From: the human T2T-CHM13v2.0 reference genome, Homo sapiens
Strand: one strand, 5' to 3'
DNA length: 64,000 bases
Assembly: GCF_009914755.1 (NCBI RefSeq)
Contig: NC_060927.1
Part shown: positions 54,443 through 64,000 of the stretch, in pieces
Layout of the letters: every line of letters begins with the position of its first letter
Numbering within the stretch: position 1 is the first letter of the stretch
The notes under the pieces: model-generated
The model's input: the letters and a program-made list of their open reading frames with translations, nothing else
The model's database searches: none
What the model was told of the DNA's origin: nothing
Position numbers and translations under genes: made by a program

Positions 54443-55208
54443 TTATTAATCATATAAATAAATAGCAAAAATGGAAAGAGTTATGTAATAATGATGCAAT
54501 TTAATCTTTTGAGCTCTTTCTGAATTATATACCCAAAATAATGATAAATAATTATTTAAACTCATTTATTATCTGGCAATTTAGCAAGGTTCTTCTTCAA
54601 ATTAATGAAAAAAATGAACTGGAAGCCACATGGCTTGGAAAATGATTTGTTGCCCACTCATCACAAGGCGCTGACTTTCTCAAATTTCTAGGAAACATAA
54701 CAAAAAGGCTTTACCAAGACTTAACAAATTATTATTAGTTATACTTATTGCTCTCTTGCTTTGAGATATCTTGATGAACTCAATACACCCAACGAGGACT
54801 TGGAAAATTGAAATATTGTTTATTTCCTGCGCCTTTGCCAAGGCAGTATATTTTATAAACTGCTTTTATCTTATTACATTACTTAAACATATTGTCATCT
54901 AAATCCTAGAGCTGAATATTTTCTTCATTCAGGTAGTGGAGGGGGCTACCTGGCAAACCAGTCATCTTTGTTAGTCCCATCAGCCCTAATCATGCTCAGT
55001 ATCCATCAGAAAAACTCTGGCCTCATTTTTCAATTTAAATACATGTGTTATGCATTTCAAAGAAAGTATAAAAACTACTCAAAAAAGGTTAGAGAACACG
55101 TTTTATAAGATAGATTAGTAAAAGCAGTCAAGATTTGAATGATGTAATGTAATTTAACATAATTAATTCATCAATGTTTTAACAAGCTATAAAAAGGTAA
55201 TAAATCAA

Positions 55209-56250
55209 CACCAAAAGCAATGGCAACGAAAGCCAAAATTGACAAATGGGATCTAATTAAACAAAAGAGCTTTTGCACAGCTAAAGAAACTATCATAAGA
55301 GTGAACAGGCAACCTACAGAATGGGAGAAAATTTTTGCAATCTACCCATCTGACAAAGGGCTAATATCCAGAATCTACAAAGAACTTAAACAAACTTACA
55401 AGAAAAAACCAACCCCATCAAAAAGTGGGCGAAGGATATGAACAGACACTTCTCAAAAGAAGACATTTATGCAGCCAGCAAACATATGAAAAGAAGCTCA
55501 TCATCACTGATCATTAGAGAAACGCAAATCAAAACCACAATGAGATACCATCTCATACCAGTTAGAATGGTGATCATTAAAAAAATCAGGAAACAACAGA
55601 TGCTGAAGAGGATGTGGAGAAATAGGAACGCTCTTACACTGTTAGTGGGAGTGTAAATTAGTTCAACCATTGTGGAAGACAGTGTGGCAATTCCTCAAGG
55701 ATCTAGAACCAGAAATACCATTTGACCCAGCAATCCCATTACTGGGTATATACCCAAAGGATTATAAATCATTCTACTATAAAGACACATGCACACGTAT
55801 GTTTATTGGAGCACTGTTCACAATAGCAAAGACTTGGAACCAACACAAATGCTTATCAATGATAGACTGGATAAAGAAAATGTGGCCCATATACACCATG
55901 GAATACTATGCAGCCGTAAAAAAGGATGAGTTCTTGTCCTTTGCAGGGACATGGGTGAAGCTGGAAACCATCATTCTCAGCATACTAACACAGGAACAGA
56001 AAACCAAACACCTCATGTTCGCACTCATAAGTGGGAGGTGAACAATGAGAGCACATGGACACAGGGAAGGGAACATCACATACTGGGGCCTCTCAGGGTG
56101 TGGGGGGCTAGGGAAGGGATAGCATTAGGAGAAATACCTAATGTAGATGGGGGGCTGAAGGGTGCAGCAAACCACCATGGCACGTGTATACCTATGTAAC
56201 AAACCTGCACATTCTGCACAGGTATCCCATAACTGAAAGTATTAAAAAAA
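55209..56250 (+). mobile_element. 5'-truncated L1PA (ORF2 C-terminus and 3' UTR)
   Basis: ORFs give [43 protein letters not shown] gtaataaatcaa at 55197-55208 and 56251-56262. Confidence 0.96.
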
Positions 56251-56526
56251 GTAATAAATCAAAATACTATTTTTCATTACTTAATTTACAATGATGCAGT
56301 ATAATTTGTAGCTTAAAATATTACTTACTTATGAGAAAGAAAGTATGATAGAAAGTATGTCCAGATGCTATGTTCAGCCTTTGGGATTAACTAAGTAAGG
56401 ATCATATATAAAATTAGAATTACTCCATTAATTATTTTAGACATTATGATCGAGGTTTTCAGAAATCCATACATTTAAAGAAAAAGAAATATAAACAGCA
56501 CTATAAAAATAATCAGTTCTCCAGCT

Positions 56527-56875
<349 letters not shown>

Positions 56876-57126
56876 CATATATGTGTTTTTAAGAAGAGAT
56901 AGAAAATACTAAACATTTAATAAGATGAAATAAGATAAGGATTATAATTGCAGTAAGTATTTTATTGTATGATTAGCTAAAAGTAAATTATGACTCCATA
57001 TTGAGCCCTATACACCAATTCTTTAAAAGCTTTGTAAAGTTTTATAAATAATTTTTATTCACTAAATCTTGAAAAACTTGGTAGCTCAAGAAAATATCTC
57101 AGTTACATTAAGAGTCAGTTACTAAT

Positions 57127-57694
57127 TGTGGTAGACAGTGTCTGAGGTGACTCCACAGGATCCTTGCCACCTGAGGTCCACGCCTTGTGCAATTCCTTCT
57201 CTTGGGTTCTAATTAGTAGAATACAGCAAAGGTGATGGGAAGTGATTCTGGGATTACTTGATGTTACAGAAGACTCTATCTTGCTAGGAAACTCACTGTC
57301 TTGCTAGAGCCTCTCCCTGCTGGCTTGTAGAAGTAATTGGCCACATTGAGGAAGCGCACGTATGAGGCAAGGAACTACTGGTGGCCTCTAGGATCTGATC
57401 CTGGTCCCACCTAGCAGACAGACAGCAAGCAGCCAAGGCCCTCAGCCTTAAAACTGCCAGGAAATAAATTCTGTCAATAACCTGAGTGAGATTGGAAGTG
57501 GATCTTTCTCCAGTCAAATTTCCAGATGAGAATGCAGCCCAACTAAGACTTTGATTGCAATCTTGTGAGACCCTAAGCAGAAGACTCAGCTAAACTGTAG
57601 CTCCTGACCCATAGAAACTGAAATAATAAATGTTTGTTATTTTAAGCTGCTAAGTTTGTAGTAATTTGTTGTGTAGCAATAGGTAAGTAATATA
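57127..57694 (+). mobile_element. MLT1 (E/F-like) solo LTR
   Basis: tgtggtagacag ... aagctgctaagtttgtagtaatttgtt. 5-bp TSD ctaat / ctaac. Confidence 0.85.
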
Positions 57695-58002
57695 CTAACC
57701 TATTCAGCTTTGGCATTTTTGAAGTGCTTTTATTTGCAAATAATTACAAATCCCAGAAACAAATATTAACAATGGCTGAAAATAATTGCTTAAGTATGTG
57801 AGAAGGGGCTTTTTTGAAAAAAGCACTTAATATATCTCATTGACTCTGTTTTGTTTTTGCGGCACTCTTCCAGTGTAATGCCTTTTGTAGGGGGGATCAG
57901 CAGACAGAAGACAGAAGAGGCAAAGTTTGTAAATGAGAATTTTCATTACTCTCACTACTCAACTACTACATAGCACAATCCCTAGGTCAAAATGCTCTGC
58001 TT

Positions 58003-58321
<319 letters not shown>

Positions 58322-58719
58322 TTATAATACAGCTTTACTCTGACTCGAAATGAATATAGAACAGGGAAAGACAAGAAGCTCTAAGGGTTTATTATGTCTT
58401 GATTAGTCATTAAAGGGGTCTACCTCTTTGTTTGGTTCCTTGGAGGATTTTATACTTAGAAATGCTCCATTCAAAGACTTGGGATGGGTGAGACATGTGC
58501 CTTTATTTTAAAAGGTAGAATAATGGCTAATGTGAACACAGGCATAATCTGTGGCACACTGGTTTTGAGAAGGAGTTCCTCTGGAAGATAAGGATCTGAA
58601 AATTGATTCCCTTTACAGTCTCCCTGCTGACATACCCTTTGGTCTAGATGATTAATCAGAGACATCTTTAAGATTTAGGGGTGCTGAAGCTTAGAGCCAG
58701 GCTTTTGTTCTCATGGGAA

Positions 58720-58990
58720 GGACAAAATTAAGGGAGAAAAAGCTTGACTCTCTTGAAGCTTATAGCCTGGTGGAGGAGTACATGAAATAAAATAAGTTAC
58801 ACAGTGTGTTAGGATATGATAAGTGTTTTAGAAGAAAGTAAAGCAATGGGATGGAGGCGATGAGAAGACTGCAACTTAAAGAGTTTGTCAGGAAAGTCCT
58901 CACTGAGCAGGTTACATTTGAGTGAAGATTTGAAGGAGGTGAGCGGAGGAGCTATGTTAATATCTAGGGGAAGAATTTCATACAAAGTTA
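58720..58990 (-). mobile_element. L2 fragment
   Basis: gtcaggaaagtcctcactgagcaggttacatttgagtgaagatttgaagga. Confidence 0.7.
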
Positions 58991-59450
58991 AGTAAAAATG
59001 AACTTTTCATCCAGTAACACTATGTACTGGAAAACAATAAATAGAAATGGAATGGATAACAGCAGTGGGCAGGTAACAGAGTATGCTTCACTAGAAAGGC
59101 AGGGGCTGGAATAGCCAGGAGCCCAGGAACAAAAGTGAGAATGCTCAAGGAAAAGTAAGAAAGGTTTCATATTATGTTAATTGGTATACATCAACAAATT
59201 AAAGGAAAAAATTAAATAATCGTCACTCTGGATGAAAAAATAAATCTTATAAAATTAAATATTAATTCCAGACTCAAACTTTTAGTAAACTAGGAGAAGA
59301 CAACTACCTTAATATCATCAAATTTTTGTACCAGAAATGAACAACATACATTGTACTTAAGATTGAAATATAAGATTAAAGCTATTTCTGTTAAATTTAC
59401 AAATAAGACAGGAATAGCTACTATCTTTGCAATTTTTAAAATCTTCTTGA

Positions 59451-59747
<297 letters not shown>

Positions 59748-60219
59748 ATTATCTTGAATGTTTTAGTCAATGCCATAAGATAAGAAAAATAAATAAAAGG
59801 CATACTGTCAGAAAGGAAGATGCAAGTTTATCATCATTTGCAGATCAGATAGTCTAGAACATAGGAGTCTGAAGATAGTCAATTTATAAATATATTAGAC
59901 CAATGCAAAGATCAGATGTCCAAGTGTTAGAGCAATATATATTTTTTAAAAATCAGGTTATACAGTGTGTACATATAGACTGAGTAGAGGTTATAGGTAG
60001 GCTAGCAGTGATAAACACATCTACTACGCAAGGCTGGCATAATGCAAAACTTGAAGTTTAGCATAACAACAGCACTCACATACAGACCAATCTCATTTAT
60101 GCAGTAGCTTTCCTTTAGCTATATAATTGGTAAGAAAAAATTATGCGAAAAAACTCTATTCACAATAACAACCCATAAAACACCTAGGAATAAACTTACC
60201 AAAAAATATATAGGATGCA

Positions 60220-60520
60220 GGCCGGACATGGCGGCTCATGCCTAGATTATCCCAGCACTTTGGGACGCCAAGACGGGCAGAGGCCAGGAGTTCGACACCA
60301 GCCTGGCCAACATAGTGAAACCCCATCTCTACTACAAATACAAAAATTATCTGGACATGGTGACATATGCCTATAATCCCAACTACTCGAGAGGCTGAGG
60401 CAGAATAATCACTTGAACCTGGAGGTGGAGGCCACAGTGAGCCGAGATCACACCACTGCCCTCCAGCCTGCATGACAGAGCAGCCAGTCTCGAAAAAAAA
60501 AAAAAGAAAAGAAAAACAGG
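60220..60520 (+). mobile_element. AluS with a small left-arm deletion
   Basis: TSD core taggatgca on both sides. Confidence 0.92.
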
Positions 60521-60644
60521 AAAAAATCTAGGATGCAAATATATTGAATTTAAAAGAAGAATAGATTGAGAAATATATCCCTGTATGAGGAGATTCAATT
60601 CAATATTTTATTTTATTTTAAATGAATATGGACTAAACACTTTA

Positions 60645-61018
<374 letters not shown>

Positions 61019-61034
61019 TTAAATACAAGAACGG

Positions 61035-61123
61035 ACAAATGGTCATACCACCCTGAACACACCTGATCTCTTCTGATCATAGGACTAAGCAGGAGTGGGC
61101 CTGGTTAGTACTTGGATGGGAGA
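61035..61123 (+). pseudogene. 3'-truncated 5S rRNA pseudogene (about nt 1-90)
   Basis: ggtcataccaccctgaacacacctgatctc...ctaagcagg..tgggcctggttagtacttggatgggaga matches 5S rRNA with CpG decay. The last ~30 nt and any tail are absent. Confidence 0.92.
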
Positions 61124-61301
61124 TTCAGTATTTTTAATACAACCATTCTCCCCGGTAAATTCAATCCCAATCCAAACCACAAGAAGCTTGATTTGACCCT
61201 TGAAAAGTGCATTTTGAAGTTCCTCTGAGAAAATAAATTAATTAAAATCCTCATGAATATTTTGAAGATGAAGATTAAAGATGGGTAACATGTCCTACAC
61301 C

Positions 61302-61760
61302 AGCAGTTCCCAAACTTTTTGGCACCAGTTTTGTGGAATACAATTTTTCTACGGACTGGGGTGGGGGAGATGGTTTCGGGATAATTCAAATGCATAACAT
61401 TTATTGTGCACTTTATTTATATTATTACATTGTAATATATAATGAAATAATTATACAGCTCACCTTAATGTAGAATCAGTGGGAGCTGTGAGTTTGTTTT
61501 CCTGCAACTAGATGGTTCCGTTTGAGGGTGATGGGAGATAGTGGCAGATCATCAGGCATTAGGTTCTCATAAAGAGCATGCAACCTAGATCCCTCGCATG
61601 CTCAGTTCACAAAAGGTTTCATGCTCCTATCAGAATCAAATGCCCTAACTGATCTGACAGGCGGTGGAACTCAGGTGGTAATATGAGTGACAGGGAGTGG
61701 CTGTAAATACAGATGAAACTTCACTCGCTTGCCCACCACTCACCACTTGCTGTACAGCCT
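61302..61760. mobile_element. MER1A (hAT-Charlie), cut by an LTR insertion
   Basis: cagcagttcccaaactttttggcacca ... atttattgtgcactttattt ... gcatgcaacctagatccctcgcatg. Confidence 0.88.
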
Positions 61761-61865
61761 GTTAAATAAAATTTATGGGCGGCCATTGATTTGGACTGAG
61801 CTCCTATACTAGGCTCCAGCAGACCAAACCAAAATGGAGTCATTCATGTTCACGTTTCACATCAG
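61761..61865 (+). mobile_element. 5' part of an ERV1 LTR (LTR23/24-like), cut by the L1
   Basis: tgttaaataaaatttatgggcggccattgatttggactgagctcc...caaaatggagtca. Confidence 0.65.
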
Positions 61866-64000
61866 AAGCGGGTCAGGATGGTGGACTAGAAGCAGCTAGT
61901 GTGTGCAGCTGTCACAGAGAGGAAAAAAAGTGGCAAGTAAACACTGACCCTGCAAGCCAGTCGTCTAAGAAACCACGTTGGGATCCATCAAGGGAGCAAG
62001 GGGACACTGAGAACAGAAAAGAGCAAAGCTAGGTCGCAGCCCATCTGGGGTCAGCGCAGCCAGGAGAAGTTCCCACCACCAGGAAAGGGAGAGTGAGTGA
62101 AAGCCTCCTGGGGATCCACAATTCCCACAGGAACCTATTCAATCCTGGGAATGGAAAAATTCCTCCAACCCCCAACCCGGGCTTCTACACTGATACAGAG
62201 AGCCACCCAGAGTTTTTGTGGAGGCAAACACTCAAGTCCACAGGGGCCTCCACAAGCCTTAGACCCTGGAGCAGCCCAGTCTCGGCTGCCATATCCCCAA
62301 AAGAGGCCGCGGCTGTGGTGCCCGGGAGCAGTAAGATTGCTCCACTCCCCCTCACCAGATAAGGCTCGGCACCATCTTCTAGCACAGCGGCCCCACTTCT
62401 GCCTGAACTATGCTGAGATACACCGCTCTGTGTTCCCCCAGGAAGCACCCTGACGGTGGATCAGACGACTCCACCCATCCACACTGTTCCCTCCGCCGGG
62501 AAGGCCATGCCTGCTGGGGCTAACAGCACAGTAGGCCTGCTTCTGCCTGAACTCTGCTGGCAGGCACAGCCCCATGATTTCCCGGGAAGCACCTGGATGG
62601 TGGATTGGGTGATTCCACCTACCCTGGCTCCTCCTAGCCAGGCGAGACACACCAGTTAGGGATTCCAACACAGCAAACCCACCCCTATCTGAATTCTGCT
62701 GGCAAGCACAGCTCTGCGTGCCCCGAGGAGGCATGAAGATGGCAGATTGGGTGATTCCACCCGTCTCTGCTGTTCCTAGCTGGTCGAGACTTGCCAGCTT
62801 GGGCAGCACCCAAGCAGCGAGGGTGCCCTCACTCTCAGAAAACTGAGAGGGGTGATACCCCTGAGTTAATGGGCTGGTTGGGGAGCAGGGTGTGTCTCCC
62901 TCCACAGGGCTGGCCTGGGAAGGGTATGACCTGTCTGCTAGCTGTGGCTCTTGCATGAGGGAGCCCTGCAGACCAGAACACCTAACAAAGGAAATGCAGG
63001 CATGGAGTCAGTGATCAGAGGTGCTCCTCCAAGGCCCAGGAGCAGACAAGGTGAGGGGGTCCTCTTTTCTCCCCTCACCACAGAGCACTACTGCCAACTG
63101 TGCCAAAATATAAAAGAACCCTGTTGCTGAGAGCCTATCTACAGGCCAACACTTTTAAGCACCACCTACTGGACTGCAGCCCAAAATGCAACACCAAAAT
63201 ACCCTGCCAGTATACAGCACCTGTGAAACCTAAGGCAAAAATGCAGCCACAAATAAAGATTCTGTATGGTCGTGGCCTTCTGAAAACACCCAGAAGTGAA
63301 GCCAACTGACTACTTTCAACTTACATCACAGTTAAATGAATATTAGCCCTCAAACATGAGAAAGAATCAGCACAAGAGCTCTGGCAACTCAAAATGCCAG
63401 AGTAAGTGTGTCCCCTTACCTCCAAAAAACACACTAGTTCCCCAGAAATGGTTCTTATCCAGATTGAGATGACTGAAATGACAGACAGAATTCAGAATCT
63501 GAATGGCAAGGAAGCTCATTGAGATCCAGGAGAAAGCTGAAATCTAATCCAAGGAATCCAGTTAAATGATCCAGGAGCTGAAAGATGAAATAGCCATTTT
63601 AAGAAACAACCAAACTGAACTTCTTGAACTGAATAACGCACTTCAAGAATTACATAATACAATCAAAGCCTTAAGAGCAGAACAGATCAAGCTCAGTGCT
63701 TGAAGACTGGTTCTTCCAATCAACTCAGTCAGAAAAAAGAAGGAAAAAAGAATTTTTAAAAGTGAACAAAACCCCTGAGAAATATATAATAGTACTATGT
63801 AAAGAGACTAAGTCTGTGACTCATTGGCATTCCTGAAAGAGAAGGAGAGAGAATAAGCAACTTGGAAAATATGTTTGAGAATATAGTCCATGAAAATTTC
63901 CCCAATCCTGTTAGAGAAGAAGACATACAAATTCAAGAAATACAGAGAACCCCTGTAAGATACTATACAAGATGACCACACCAAAAATACACAGTCATTG
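61866..64000 (+). mobile_element. 5' end of a long old primate L1 (L1PA15/16-like): 5' UTR and decayed ORF1
   Basis: Starts gatggtggactagaagcagctagtgtgtg. GC-rich 5' UTR with ~143-bp internal repeats. ORF1 starts ATG 63356 (MRKNQHKSSGNSK) and is disrupted. Runs off the window. Confidence 0.88.

Noticed and set aside
62408-62956. 182-aa antisense ORF in the L1 5' UTR
   Set aside because: Arises from GC-rich internal repeats of an old L1. It does not resemble L1 ORF0 as I recall it.

Overview
Primate, almost certainly human, genomic DNA. It is AT-rich and dense in interspersed repeats: Alu, L1, L2, MIR, MaLR/ERV LTRs, Tigger1, MER1/MER2 and Charlie-like relics. The only credible protein-coding gene is the uninterrupted ARF-family GTPase ORF at 19926-20504 (+), which I recognise as ARL14 (from memory, human 3q25). 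It has a motif-rich proximal promoter, upstream ORFs and a duplicated AATAAA signal. Two small-RNA retrocopies are present: a full-length SNORA72 (U72) copy at 39510-39641 with a 3' extension, A-rich tail and target-site duplication (TSD), and a 3'-truncated 5S rRNA pseudogene near 61035-61123. I found no convincing new multi-gene system. The best leads are: (1) the 3'-extended SNORA72 retrocopy, a possible fossil of a snoRNA-capped polyadenylated RNA; (2) an ARL14 uORF whose reading frame runs through an A12/GAAA slippage tract; (3) three templated-insertion repair scars within about 9 kb; (4) a CRE-site cluster; (5) an unidentified old insert at 1511-2888. Repeat family names come from recalled consensus sequences, not from a search. 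Boundaries are approximate unless a TSD is quoted.
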